The notes: generated from the letters alone by a model not told the origin. A stretch of DNA of 64,000 nucleotides from Nitrosopumilus sp. (GCA_965197525.1 OZ240211.1:544001-608000); one strand, 5' to 3'; counted from the stretch's first letter, positions 19,853 through 30,153 are shown. Made by a program: numbers and translations.

Positions 19853-19897
19853 ACATAGAATACAAGCATAAATACGACCAAGCAAGAGAAGATTCTG

Positions 19898-21067
19898 TTG
19901 AACAATCTTGTCTTAAAATCAGAATATCTGAACAATGTCTTAGAAGATAAAGCAATATCCAAACAGCACATATTTGAGATCTATAGCAAAGCAGTAACTG
20001 ATCCTCAGGAGCTGTTCCTGACTGCACAGAATTTGAGAATAAAATTCAAAAATAGAACAGTGACATTCTCAAAGAAAGCATTTTTCAACATTGTAAATCT
20101 TTGCAGAGATACATGTACGTATTGCACATACAAAGCAGAGCCCAAAGATACAAAGCTCTCTCTGATGTCAAAACAACAGATATCGGATTTATTACACTTG
20201 GCAAAAAAATACAGATGTGTGGAAGCTCTATTTGTAACAGGAGAACGGCCAGAGCAGAGATACCAGCTAGCACGAGATTGGTTAAGAGATAATGGTTTTA
20301 AGACAACAGCAGAATATCTAATTCATGCATCAGAGATGGCATTAGAGGAGGGGTTATTCCCACATACAAATGCAGGTAATCTGAATTTTGAAGAGATGAA
20401 GGAGCTAAAGAAGACCAATGTATCGATGGGTATAATGCTTGAAAATACAAGCAAGAGACTAACCTACAAAGGAATGCCTCATCACATGGCACCTAGTAAG
20501 AGACCAGATACAAGATTAGAGATTTTAGAGAATGCGGGAAGATTGAAGATTCCAATGACTACAGGCGTCCTTGTAGGAATCGGTGAGACAGCCAATGAGA
20601 TAATCGATTCGTTATTTGAGATAAAGAGATTAGACAAAGAATACGGAAATATTCAAGAAGTAATTTTACAAAACTTTCAACCAAAGCCAGATACATTGAT
20701 GAATGACAAACAGGCAGCTGATCAAAATTACTTCAAAATAGTAGTTGCATTGGCAAGAATCATCATGCCACAGATGAACATACAAATTCCACCGAATCTA
20801 TCTCCTGAATCATATCATAGTTTTCTCTCAGTTGGAATAAATGACTGGGGAGGTATATCACCACTGACTCCAGATTTTGTAAATCCTGAATTTTCTTGGC
20901 CTGAGATAAACAGAGTTGACAGATATTCAAGGAAGGCAGGATTTGAACTCCAGTGCAGATTTCCAGTATATCCAGAGTTCTTTCCTCTAATCGGTAAAGG
21001 GTTGATGGAGAAGATATCAGTCATCAAAGATAATAAAGGATTTGTAAGGGAATCTTATTGGAGATGA
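19898..21067 (+). CDS. cofG: FO synthase subunit CofG (radical SAM)
   Basis: CRDTCTYC, HTNAG, IQIPPNL, GINDWGGISP. Confidence 0.95.
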   Translation: MNNLVLKSEYLNNVLEDKAISKQHIFEIYSKAVTDPQELFLTAQNLRIKFKNRTVTFSKKAFFNIVNLCRDTCTYCTYKAEPKDTKLSLMSKQQISDLLHLAKKYRCVEALFVTGERPEQRYQLARDWLRDNGFKTTAEYLIHASEMALEEGLFPHTNAGNLNFEEMKELKKTNVSMGIMLENTSKRLTYKGMPHHMAPSKRPDTRLEILENAGRLKIPMTTGVLVGIGETANEIIDSLFEIKRLDKEYGNIQEVILQNFQPKPDTLMNDKQAADQNYFKIVVALARIIMPQMNIQIPPNLSPESYHSFLSVGINDWGGISPLTPDFVNPEFSWPEINRVDRYSRKAGFELQCRFPVYPEFFPLIGKGLMEKISVIKDNKGFVRESYWR

Positions 21068-22338
21068 CAGTTAACATTGAGTCGCTGTTAAGGAATGCAG
21101 ATTCTAAGATAGCAGACATACTAAATGATGCACTAGCAGAAAAAGAGATAACAGTTAATGATGGATTGGTACTTCTTAACGCATCAGGAGTCGACTTTCA
21201 CCTAGTGGGCCTTGTTGCAGACGAATTAAGAAGGAGAAGGGTAGGAGATATCGTATCATATGTAGTCAATAGAAATATCAACTTTACAAATGTATGTATA
21301 AAACAGTGCGGTTTTTGCGCATTTAGTCGAGATTTTAGAGAAGAAGAAGGATACTTTCTGCCAACCAGTGAGATCGTTCGTAGAGCAAAAGAAGCATATC
21401 AGCTGGGAGCAACTGAAGTATGTATTCAGGCAGGACTTCCACCTGACATGGACGGTAGGCTGTATGAGAATATATGCAGAGATATAAAAAAAGAGATTCC
21501 AGATATTCATATTCACGGATTCTCTCCTGAAGAGATCTTGTATGGCGCAACAAGATCAAATGTATCGATAGAAGAGTTTCTCAAGAGAATGAAAGATGCA
21601 GGAGTAGATACATTGCCAGGAACGTCAGCTGAGATACTAGACCAAAGGCTCAGAGACAAGATATCACCTGGCAGAATTACCGTAAAAGACTGGGAGAAGG
21701 TAATCAAAACTGCACACAAGATAGGCATTAACACGACATCCACTATGATGTTTGGGCATGTAGAGACTCTGCAGCACAGAGTAGAGCATATCGGACGATT
21801 GCGAGAGATTCAAAAAGAGACGGGAGGATTTACAGAATTTGTTCCGCTGAATTTCATACATACAGAAGCACCAATGTACAAACACCAACTACATACAGGG
21901 ATAAGACGTGGAGGTAGTGGAAATGATGTCTTGTTGACACATGCAGTTGCACGGATAATGCTCAATAATCATATTGATAATATCCAGATGTCATGGGTAA
22001 AAGAAGGCCAAAAGATGTCCCAATTGTTGTTGATGTGGGGAGCAAATGATTTTGGAGGTACTTTGATCAATGAGAGCATCTCAACGTCTGCAGGTTCTCA
22101 ATACGGTCAATTGTTAAGACCAATGGAGATAAAGAGAATGATAAAGGAGATAGGCAGGATACCTGCAGAGAGAAGTACACAGTACAAGATCCTAAAAAAG
22201 TTTGACAGAGACGCATCGCATGATCAGATACAAGATAAACTAGACACAGTCTCAGATACACAGTTTGGATCATATATAGAATTGATAAAGATAAACAAGT
22301 TCAATTACAAAAATCCCAGACGGCCTAAACAAGGGTAA
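21058..22338 (+). CDS. cofH: FO synthase subunit CofH (radical SAM)
   Basis: NRNINFTNVCIKQCGFC, PGTSAEIL, GANDFGGTL. Confidence 0.95.
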   Translation: MEMTVNIESLLRNADSKIADILNDALAEKEITVNDGLVLLNASGVDFHLVGLVADELRRRRVGDIVSYVVNRNINFTNVCIKQCGFCAFSRDFREEEGYFLPTSEIVRRAKEAYQLGATEVCIQAGLPPDMDGRLYENICRDIKKEIPDIHIHGFSPEEILYGATRSNVSIEEFLKRMKDAGVDTLPGTSAEILDQRLRDKISPGRITVKDWEKVIKTAHKIGINTTSTMMFGHVETLQHRVEHIGRLREIQKETGGFTEFVPLNFIHTEAPMYKHQLHTGIRRGGSGNDVLLTHAVARIMLNNHIDNIQMSWVKEGQKMSQLLLMWGANDFGGTLINESISTSAGSQYGQLLRPMEIKRMIKEIGRIPAERSTQYKILKKFDRDASHDQIQDKLDTVSDTQFGSYIELIKINKFNYKNPRRPKQG

Positions 22339-22451
22339 GAATTCAAATGGAATGGATTGAAACGATACTAGACAGACAACACCAAAGAATTAATTTCTTA
22401 ATCGTCACAAACATAAATGAAACCATATGTTAGAGAAGAGTTAGCCTGTCA

Positions 22452-23435
22452 TTATTTGAAGAGTGTCACTGCCAAATACAATACATAGCAAGCAGATATG
22501 CAAATTCCCATCATTCTATTAATGATTCCGGTTTTCAAGGCAACTAACAGTGAAAGACTAAAGATGATCATGATTGCATAGTCAATGTATACATCAGGGG
22601 TGATAGCCACACTGCTAAGAACAGCACCAATGCCCATAATCATTAAAATGTTGTATATGTTACTGCCAATTATATTGCCAATACCAATATCAGTATGGCC
22701 TTTTCTAATTGCAATGATTGATGTTATTAGTTCTGGAAGGGATGTTCCAATTGCAATGACAGTCAATCCAATTATCTTCTCAGATAATCCAAACTCTTGA
22801 GCTAATACTATAGCATTATCAACGGTAAGTATTGCACCCACATACAGCAAAACTATGCCCAGGATTAGCAGTCCTACAGATTTAAGATAAAAATTATTTT
22901 TGGTAGTGGTCGCTTCTTTTTCTTCTTCTTTTTCTTCTTTCTCCACTTCTTCTTCTTCTTGTTTTTTGGTTTTTTCTCTATGTTTTATTATATCACGACA
23001 TGTGTAAAATGTAAACACACCTAATCCAGCTAGCAGTATGCCACCGTCATAGTAAGAGATTTCACCGTCGATGGAGACTAATACAAGCAGGAGTGAAACA
23101 CCCAGCATTATCGGAATTTCTTTTCGTAAGATAGACTTACTGACTGCAAGAGGAATAACTATTGCAGATATTGCAATGACCATTCCAATATTTGATATAT
23201 TACTCCCAATCACATTTCCAAGAATGATTGCACTATGCTCATTTATGGCAGCCACAACACTAGATGCAAGTTCTGGAGTAGAGGTGCCATAAGCTACAAC
23301 AGTCATTCCAATGATAATATTGCTTATGTGAAATTTCTTTGCGATTGCAACGCCACCGTTAACTAACCAATTACCACCAAAACACAACAGAGTCAGACCC
23401 ACTATGGTAAGTACTGCGCTTGTTAAAACTTCCAC
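22452..23435 (-). CDS. Ca2+/Na+ antiporter (CaCA, YrbG-like)
   Basis: GTSTPEL and GTSLPEL alpha repeats; GNVIGSN. Confidence 0.92.
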   Translation of the reverse strand: MEVLTSAVLTIVGLTLLCFGGNWLVNGGVAIAKKFHISNIIIGMTVVAYGTSTPELASSVVAAINEHSAIILGNVIGSNISNIGMVIAISAIVIPLAVSKSILRKEIPIMLGVSLLLVLVSIDGEISYYDGGILLAGLGVFTFYTCRDIIKHREKTKKQEEEEVEKEEKEEEKEATTTKNNFYLKSVGLLILGIVLLYVGAILTVDNAIVLAQEFGLSEKIIGLTVIAIGTSLPELITSIIAIRKGHTDIGIGNIIGSNIYNILMIMGIGAVLSSVAITPDVYIDYAIMIIFSLSLLVALKTGIINRMMGICISACYVLYLAVTLFK

Positions 23436-23477
23436 AAAGAAATTTCAGAGAAGGGTGGTTTAAAGGAAATGATCTAT

Positions 23478-24764
23478 GGTTCTGTGAAGTTATCAGGAGT
23501 TAACCCCTATAACTCGACTTTGACATATCGACTATTCGGATTACCAATGGTGTGCTGGGTTCCGTCATCGCAGGCTCAAAAGTGCCAGACTGTGCTTCAC
23601 ATATGTCACCTCTACTACCCCTAAACCTAGGGGGCAGTTTGCGTGATATGTTCATGGCAGCGATAATATCCCTATCCATAAACAAACCGCAATTATTACA
23701 CGACAATTTACGATGTTGTTGCATGTCCTCTTGGAGTCTCTTTCCGCATTGTGGACACTGCGTGCTCGTGTTTCTTGGGTCTACTATCTCGACTGGAGGT
23801 AGTCCGACCCATTGGGCTTTGTATTCTATTTGGCGTTGTAACTCGTAGAATTGCCACCCGTTCAATCTACGTCTGTACTTGTTACCTTGAGTGTTTCCTT
23901 TTCGGTACAATTTTCTTATTCCTTTCAGGTTTTCCATGACGATTGCAGTCTTGTTTTTGACTGCGTTGTCTACTATATCCTTTGAGATTCTGTGGATGTA
24001 CTGCTTTGCTCTGTTAGTCAGTCTTCTCTGTTTTTCCTTGTAGAACTGATTTTTCTTCCTGCGATCATTTCTGTGGAAGCCTGCCCTGGCGTGTATTGTG
24101 TTCTCCTTTATGGATAACAGTTTGTTTGTCTTGTAGACTGTCACCTCTTTCTCGTTCCCGCACGTCACATTTCTTAGGTTTCTGTCTATTCCCACTTTCT
24201 TGGTGCACTCTATCTCTTGTACTGTTTTTGAAACACAAAGACTGATGTTCAGAGCAGTCAATGAAAACGAGCGCACCGTCAAGGCAGGATCAGATAGGAT
24301 TTTTTGGGTGTGATCGTTGAGTAAAATGTTGATTGGGTTATGTTTCTTGTATGGGATTGTTAATAGTGCACCGTTGTGTTTTATGCCGTAACAGTTTGTC
24401 ATAAAGGGATTTTTGACTATTGGGTCTCTTATTCTGACACCTCGTTTGATTGATTGTTTTCTGTTTGATAATATGCCTGCAGCTCTTGATATTGCACATA
24501 TCTTGTATGTTGATAAAATGCCATAGTTACGTAATTCATGATAACATAACATGGACAACCTCTTCATATTGTGAGTGTCTTCTTTCAACCCTATCTTGAT
24601 GCAATGATTGACCATCTTTGTGAATATATCCATCATATCCATTAGATCAGAGTTCGGCGTATATTTCTGTGATATTGACTTTATCGCTTTCAACGAATAT
24701 CTTACGGTTTAGAGGTTATACATTTTAGGAATTGACATATAACTCACGATAACTTGACAGAACC
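23478..24764 (-). mobile_element. TIR-bounded tnpB-only element, family B (1287 bp)
   Basis: 25-bp TIR GGTTCTGTGAAGTTATCAGGAGTTA vs GGTTCTGTCAAGTTATCGTGAGTTA; perfect 8-bp TSD TGATCTAT at 23470-23477 and 24765-24772. Confidence 0.95.
23500..24693 (-). CDS. tnpB: TnpB-family RNA-guided endonuclease, 397 aa
   Basis: VGIDRN, IVMENL, CPQC..CNNC, DRDIIAAMNI. Confidence 0.93.
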   Translation of the reverse strand: MKAIKSISQKYTPNSDLMDMMDIFTKMVNHCIKIGLKEDTHNMKRLSMLCYHELRNYGILSTYKICAISRAAGILSNRKQSIKRGVRIRDPIVKNPFMTNCYGIKHNGALLTIPYKKHNPINILLNDHTQKILSDPALTVRSFSLTALNISLCVSKTVQEIECTKKVGIDRNLRNVTCGNEKEVTVYKTNKLLSIKENTIHARAGFHRNDRRKKNQFYKEKQRRLTNRAKQYIHRISKDIVDNAVKNKTAIVMENLKGIRKLYRKGNTQGNKYRRRLNGWQFYELQRQIEYKAQWVGLPPVEIVDPRNTSTQCPQCGKRLQEDMQQHRKLSCNNCGLFMDRDIIAAMNISRKLPPRFRGSRGDICEAQSGTFEPAMTEPSTPLVIRIVDMSKSSYRG

Positions 24765-24836
24765 TGATCTATCAAATTTTACAATTATAGAGAAAAAGAT
24801 GATCGTTTTGCAGTACAGTCTATTTGTTTTATACGA

Positions 24837-25187
24837 TTACAAAGTATTTTTATTGATAAAGAGATTCAGCATTGTTCTTCCTCTTTCCGTTAACTCGTAC
24901 ATTACATTTAGCCCTCTTGATTCCTTTCTAATAAAATTGTAATCTACACATAAATGCAGGTAATTTAAAAACGATCTCTTCATTCGAATCTTTGATTTTT
25001 GATACAAATCACTAAATGTCATAGGGCTTGTTTTAAGCTGATACAGCAATTTCAACAATGACAGTGTGCTATAATCCCTCGTCTTTGCCTTTATTGCATC
25101 AAGGATTTGCTCATCTTTTTTGATTATGAAATCGTCGAATTGCTCTGCCACATCTAGCGGGAGATATGTCAATCTTGCTTTTGGCAT
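24837..25187 (-). CDS. Winged-helix DNA-binding protein
   Basis: MTFSDLY..YLHLC..YELTERG wHTH pattern. Confidence 0.7.
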   Translation of the reverse strand: MPKARLTYLPLDVAEQFDDFIIKKDEQILDAIKAKTRDYSTLSLLKLLYQLKTSPMTFSDLYQKSKIRMKRSFLNYLHLCVDYNFIRKESRGLNVMYELTERGRTMLNLFINKNTL

Positions 25188-25330
25188 ACCGTATAGTACG
25201 GTACTATACCTTATTAATCTTTAGTTGTGTGGCAGCAGGATAGATAATTTAACGTTTCACTAAAAAAGATTAATGCGCGTATGCCAGAGTCAAAGTATAT
25301 AGTAGTTAATAGAATGAATCAGCGTAACAC

Positions 25331-26056
25331 ATGCAAGACAATTTTCCAGAAGCACAAGTATTTGAGATTAAAGAGAGGGAATTGAGCAGTCCAATAATCT
25401 TTGCAGGATTTGTTGGTGCAGGGCTAGTAGGACCTGTTGCAATAAATCACATCATTACACAATTAAAGATGGAAGAGATAGCAGTGATGAGATCAAGGCA
25501 TCTTCCTCCATCAACGGTATTTATGAGAGGAAGATTACGTCACCCATTTAGATTCTATGCAAATAAGGAAGGAACGGTATGCGCAATAGTCTGCGAGATA
25601 ACATTGAGACTAGAGGGATTATATTCGTTGGTTGCATCAATCTTGGACTGGGCAGAACAGAACGGATCAAAAGAGATCGTAATCTTGGATGGAGTTGCAA
25701 GTGATGAGCATGACGACAAGGCATACTGTGCGGCAGAAGAAGACCTAGTTAGAACGATGGCAGACAAAGACATCAGCATGATTCCACAAGGATTCATCAC
25801 AGGAATTCCGGGAGGGATACTAAATGAGTGTCTTGTAAGAAAGATTCAAGGATTAACGCTTTTGGCAAAAGCAAACAAAATGTACCCTGACTCTGCAGCA
25901 GCTGCCACGTTAATTGAAGCATTAAACCGATTCTACGATATGGATATAGATACATCAGAACTTCAGAAAGACAGCGAACAGATTAGTTCTGACTTTAGCG
26001 AACTGTCCCAGAAATATGTAGAGCATAGAGAAGAGATAGCTGGAATGTACATGTAA
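25331..26056 (+). CDS. PAC2-family proteasome assembly chaperone
   Basis: GFVGAGLVG, IVILDG, PDSAAAA motifs. Confidence 0.88.
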   Translation: MQDNFPEAQVFEIKERELSSPIIFAGFVGAGLVGPVAINHIITQLKMEEIAVMRSRHLPPSTVFMRGRLRHPFRFYANKEGTVCAIVCEITLRLEGLYSLVASILDWAEQNGSKEIVILDGVASDEHDDKAYCAAEEDLVRTMADKDISMIPQGFITGIPGGILNECLVRKIQGLTLLAKANKMYPDSAAAATLIEALNRFYDMDIDTSELQKDSEQISSDFSELSQKYVEHREEIAGMYM

Positions 26057-26105
26057 ATCACCAGAGAAGCAAATTCTTTTATTCACAAAATAAACGCATC
26101 AAAGT

Positions 26106-27128
26106 ATGGCATTAACATACAAGAAGGTAGGCGTCGATATCTCCAAGATAAAAGAGAGTCAGAAGACCATTGGTAGATTGATTGCATCAACTCACAGGCT
26201 CCAAAAAAAGGCAAAGATAGCACACGGATTTGGGCACTATGCAGGAATCGTAGAGATCCCAGGCAAGAAGCTTTTAGCTACACATACTGACGGCGTTGGA
26301 ACAAAGGTAATAATTGCAAACATGATGAAGAGATACGATACAATAGGAATCGATTGTGTTGCAATGAATGTCAATGATATAATATGTGTCGGTGCAACAC
26401 CTATATCGTTTGTAGATTATATTGCTGCAAACAGAAACGATCACCGTATATTTAAAAAGATTGTAGAAGGGCTAGTCAAAGGAGCAAAAAAATCTAGAAT
26501 GCCAATAGTTGGGGGAGAGACTGCAATAATGCCAGATGTGATAGAAGGAAAAGGATTTGCATTTGATTTGGCAGGAATGGTGGTAGGACTGTTAAACAAG
26601 AAAGATATGGTTCTAGGGAACAAGATAAAGAAAGGAGATGTGATCATTGGCGCAAATAGTTCAGGTATACACTCAAACGGATATTCCTTGGCAAGAAAGG
26701 CATTACTTACAAAGTACTCAGTCAGAGACAAAGTAAAAGGAGTGGGAAAGATAGGTGATGCATTACTAACACCTACAGAAATTTATACAAATCCAGTTCT
26801 AGAAATTATTCAGAGATGTAAAGTCAATGGTCTAGCACATATTACAGGAGGATCATTTACCAAATTGTTGCGGCTTAAGAATACAGGATACGATATTGAC
26901 TCATTGCCAAAGATTCCGCCAATCATGGAATTAGTTCAAGGACAAGGAGTAAGAGATGAGGAGATGTATAAAACATTCAATATGGGTGTAGGGTTTTGTG
27001 TAATTACACCAAAAGAGCAAGCTGCAACAGTCAAAGCAATATTCAAAAAGCATAAAATTTCAAGTCAAGAGATAGGACAAATAATACCAAAGAAAGGTGT
27101 TTTTATAAACTCGATGAAGATTGCTTGA
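26106..27128 (+). CDS. purM: Phosphoribosylformylglycinamidine cyclo-ligase
   Basis: TDGVGTK, VAMNVND, GGETA, SSGIHSNGYSL, FNMGVG. Confidence 0.97.
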   Translation: MALTYKKVGVDISKIKESQKTIGRLIASTHRLQKKAKIAHGFGHYAGIVEIPGKKLLATHTDGVGTKVIIANMMKRYDTIGIDCVAMNVNDIICVGATPISFVDYIAANRNDHRIFKKIVEGLVKGAKKSRMPIVGGETAIMPDVIEGKGFAFDLAGMVVGLLNKKDMVLGNKIKKGDVIIGANSSGIHSNGYSLARKALLTKYSVRDKVKGVGKIGDALLTPTEIYTNPVLEIIQRCKVNGLAHITGGSFTKLLRLKNTGYDIDSLPKIPPIMELVQGQGVRDEEMYKTFNMGVGFCVITPKEQAATVKAIFKKHKISSQEIGQIIPKKGVFINSMKIA

Positions 27129-27168
27129 TTTAACAGCGATGTAAAAGATTCCGATAGAATTCCCTTAT

Positions 27169-28455
27169 ATGACAGATCTTTTAACGATCACTAAGAAAAT
27201 GGCAGAAGAGCAGTTTATTGAGACAATTATTGGGGTAGGAATTCTTCTCTTTGCAGCCAAATTAATGGCAGAGCTGTTTCTGAGATTAAAGTTACCAATT
27301 GTTTTAGGAGAACTGCTAGCAGGAATGATAGTTGGACCGTTTGCGTTAGGGGTATTTATACAAGTTGACGGGAGGAATCTGCTACAAATCAATGAAGAGA
27401 TAAAGGTACTAGGCGAGATAGGCGCAATCGTAATATTATTTATGGCAGGCCTTGAGATGACTCCAAAAGAATTTCTCAAAGGAGGAAAGGCGTCGTTTAC
27501 AGTAGGGACGCTAGGCGTGGTAATACCGTTTTTTGCAGGTCTGGTGGTTTTTCAATGGTTTGGATTTGATGCACTGCAATCAATGTTGATTGCCACAGCA
27601 CTGACTGCAACAAGCATAGCAATATCTATTCAGGTCCTAAATGAGTTCGGTAAGATCAAAACTCCCGAAGCCAGATTAATTATCGGTGCAGCAGTAGTAG
27701 ATGATATTTTGGCAATTGCTGTGCTGTCTGTGGTATCATCAATAGCAGGAACTGACGCAGGGGTAGAGAACATAGAGATTACAAGTGTAATGATTACGAT
27801 TCTGCAAGTACTGGGATTCTTTGCAGTAATGCTCATAGTAGCAGTTGTTGTAATTCCAAAGATAATTACACCAAGGTTGTGGAAGGCAAAGGGTAGTGTT
27901 GAAGGTATTGCAACTGCATCGTTTTTTGGTGCAGCTGCGCTTGCAGGATCAATAGGACTATCACCGATTGTAGGCGCATTTGCAGTGGGAATGGCACTAT
28001 CAACTACTCAAGTGTTTGAAAAAATAGAGAATTACATTGGAAAGATAGGTTTGATCTTCGCACCGCTGTTCTTTGCAATTATTGGCGCGCAGGTAGACTT
28101 GAGGGCAGTGGACTTGAATATATTGATGTTAAGTGGGGTAGTAATTGTAATTGCTATTGTAACAAAACTCTTCGGATGCGGGTTGCCTGCAATATTGTTC
28201 TTGAAGAATAAGAGAAAAGGGATGATAGTAGGAATAGGAATGATCTCAAGAGGGGAGGTAGGATTAATTGTGGCAGGAGTAGGTGTGACTGCAGGAATAC
28301 TAACCTCAGAAGTATACTCTACTATAGTCATCATGGTAGCAGTCACGACTATAATTACGCCAATATGGTTAAAGATGGAATACCGCAAAGAGCAAAAAAA
28401 AGACAACGGTGGTGAGGATGAGACATCAAGTGTGATAACAGAAGAGCCAAAATAA
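27169..28455 (+). CDS. Cation:proton antiporter (CPA2)
   Basis: GELLAGMIVGP, ATSIAI, AAVVDDI, GMISRGEVGLI. Confidence 0.92.
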   Translation: MTDLLTITKKMAEEQFIETIIGVGILLFAAKLMAELFLRLKLPIVLGELLAGMIVGPFALGVFIQVDGRNLLQINEEIKVLGEIGAIVILFMAGLEMTPKEFLKGGKASFTVGTLGVVIPFFAGLVVFQWFGFDALQSMLIATALTATSIAISIQVLNEFGKIKTPEARLIIGAAVVDDILAIAVLSVVSSIAGTDAGVENIEITSVMITILQVLGFFAVMLIVAVVVIPKIITPRLWKAKGSVEGIATASFFGAAALAGSIGLSPIVGAFAVGMALSTTQVFEKIENYIGKIGLIFAPLFFAIIGAQVDLRAVDLNILMLSGVVIVIAIVTKLFGCGLPAILFLKNKRKGMIVGIGMISRGEVGLIVAGVGVTAGILTSEVYSTIVIMVAVTTIITPIWLKMEYRKEQKKDNGGEDETSSVITEEPK

Positions 28456-28738
28456 AAATAAAAATAAAGGTTCTGTTGCGTTCATGAGGGGTAATTCTTC
28501 CTGTTGCGTGTAGAGAGGTCAGGCTTGAAATCTCGGTTATGTTAACTATCGAGTGTTATTCCATGATCTTATTCATGTTAACTGTCTGATGTTTCGAGGC
28601 TAGCTAACTTTAAAAAGTTATACATGGTTTTTTTACATAAACGACATTGTCTGAAGCGCCGGATATCCAAACAAGTCAAAGCCCAACTTTTAAGGAAATT
28701 AATTTACTGGACAGGTTTCAGACCTCAATTATGATGGA

Positions 28739-28975
28739 ATGAAACTAGTAATTTTACATGATTCACCTGATCTTCAAAAGGCATTACAAGGCAATCAATT
28801 CAAAATGTCCAAAGCGATAATCAATAGAGAGATTGAGTGCACATTAAACTTGTCACCAATAAATCTCAAAGGTTGGTCAAGATTATTCCAAGCGGAATTG
28901 GCAAGATACAAAAAATTATTTGGTACAATATTATCCCCTGAAGAAATAAATGAAAAATTTAAGAATCCGATTTAG
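28739..28975 (+). CDS. Hypothetical cargo ORF
   Basis: 78-aa ORF converging on the transposase scrap. Confidence 0.4.
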   Translation: MKLVILHDSPDLQKALQGNQFKMSKAIINREIECTLNLSPINLKGWSRLFQAELARYKKLFGTILSPEEINEKFKNPI

Positions 28976-29043
28976 TTTTTCTTACTTGCATTTTGAATTA
29001 TGGTAAGTCATTTGTTGTCGCCCTTGATGTCAATTTCTGCCGC
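28972..29043 (-). pseudogene. IS6-like transposase C-terminal fragment
   Basis: Translates AAEIDIKGDNK*LTIIQNASKKN*, versus RAGIDIKGDNKWKTIIQNAS in the 40840 transposase. Confidence 0.85.
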
Positions 29044-29352
29044 ACTAACGTTAGTTTAGTATGATATAGAACTAAATGATCATCAATATTTGTCCTAGTA
29101 CTAAAATTGATCAATTGTTAGGTTTGAATAGATTATGCATAATCTAGATTACCCATAATCTCTAATATCAAATATGTCACATTTGTCCTAGAATATAATA
29201 TTGATGGAGATAAATATCTAGTATGTCAAATTCAGGCATGATCAAAAAATTTATCCCTCGACACGCAACAGGAAGAATTGCCCCTCATGAACGCAACAGA
29301 ACCTTATTTATAAAATAAATATAAATAATTTAATGTTATCTAAATAAACAAC

Positions 29353-30153
29353 ATGAAATTAAAAATCAATCCACAAATAAAACCAATATTAAATAATCTT
29401 GTAGATCAAATAAAAAAAAATGAATCTCATGTAATACAATTAATTTTGTTTGGGTCTCAAGCTAATATGAGTGCTAATGAATCAAGTGATATTGATTTAT
29501 TGGTTATTATAGATGAAAGTCCTCCTAAAGGTAAAAAAGTCCATGAACAGTCTGACATATCTGAATACACTGAATATAGACTACAGACATGGTGTGACAT
29601 AAAAGATATGATTAATGGAAAAAATACAGATGTAGTAGTTGAAACGCCTAACACTATAAAACAACATGGAAAAATACCAGGAACCGTTCAATATTATGCT
29701 ATACGTGAAGGCATAGTATTATACGAACGTGATAATTCTGATCAGCTTATTGGTAACGTTGATAATAAAATAGCAGGACATAATGAACAAACAGAATACT
29801 GGATTGCAAAGGCAAAATCACAACTGAAAGATGCGATAAGATTTGATAACCATATATTGTCATGTCCTATGATTTATAATTCTATCAATTCATCAATAAA
29901 GGCAATGTTGACATATGAACATACTAATTATGAATTTATGCGTGATTTGGACAAAATGAATAAATTGTTATTAAATAAATTTGATTATGATTTTAGTAGG
30001 ATATCTACATGGAGAGGATCATTCAAATCGTCAAAAACATGTAATAATAATAATAATAATAATAAAGTTACAGACCAGGATATAAAGGACGGCATAACAA
30101 TGGCAGCTGAAATATATAACAAAGTTGAAAATAAATATGTAATTAAAAATTAA
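29353..30153 (+). CDS. Minimal nucleotidyltransferase (MNT) fused to a HEPN-like domain
   Basis: LFGSQA..SDIDLLVI motif; C-terminal YWIAKAKSQL..SIKAML..RDL helical domain. Confidence 0.7.
   Translation: MKLKINPQIKPILNNLVDQIKKNESHVIQLILFGSQANMSANESSDIDLLVIIDESPPKGKKVHEQSDISEYTEYRLQTWCDIKDMINGKNTDVVVETPNTIKQHGKIPGTVQYYAIREGIVLYERDNSDQLIGNVDNKIAGHNEQTEYWIAKAKSQLKDAIRFDNHILSCPMIYNSINSSIKAMLTYEHTNYEFMRDLDKMNKLLLNKFDYDFSRISTWRGSFKSSKTCNNNNNNNKVTDQDIKDGITMAAEIYNKVENKYVIKN

Larger units (their letters stand above)
28469..29303. mobile_element. Relic IS6-type transposon (835 bp) with 43-bp TIRs
   Basis: TIRs 28469-28511 and 29261-29303 match at 42/43, start GGTTCTGTTGC and contain CTGTTGCGT twice; transposase C-terminal scrap inside; no TSD. 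Confidence 0.85.

Noticed and set aside
23500-24693. Type V CRISPR (Cas12f/Cas14) locus
   Set aside because: No repeat-spacer array or cas1/2/4 near any copy; all lie inside TIR-bounded elements
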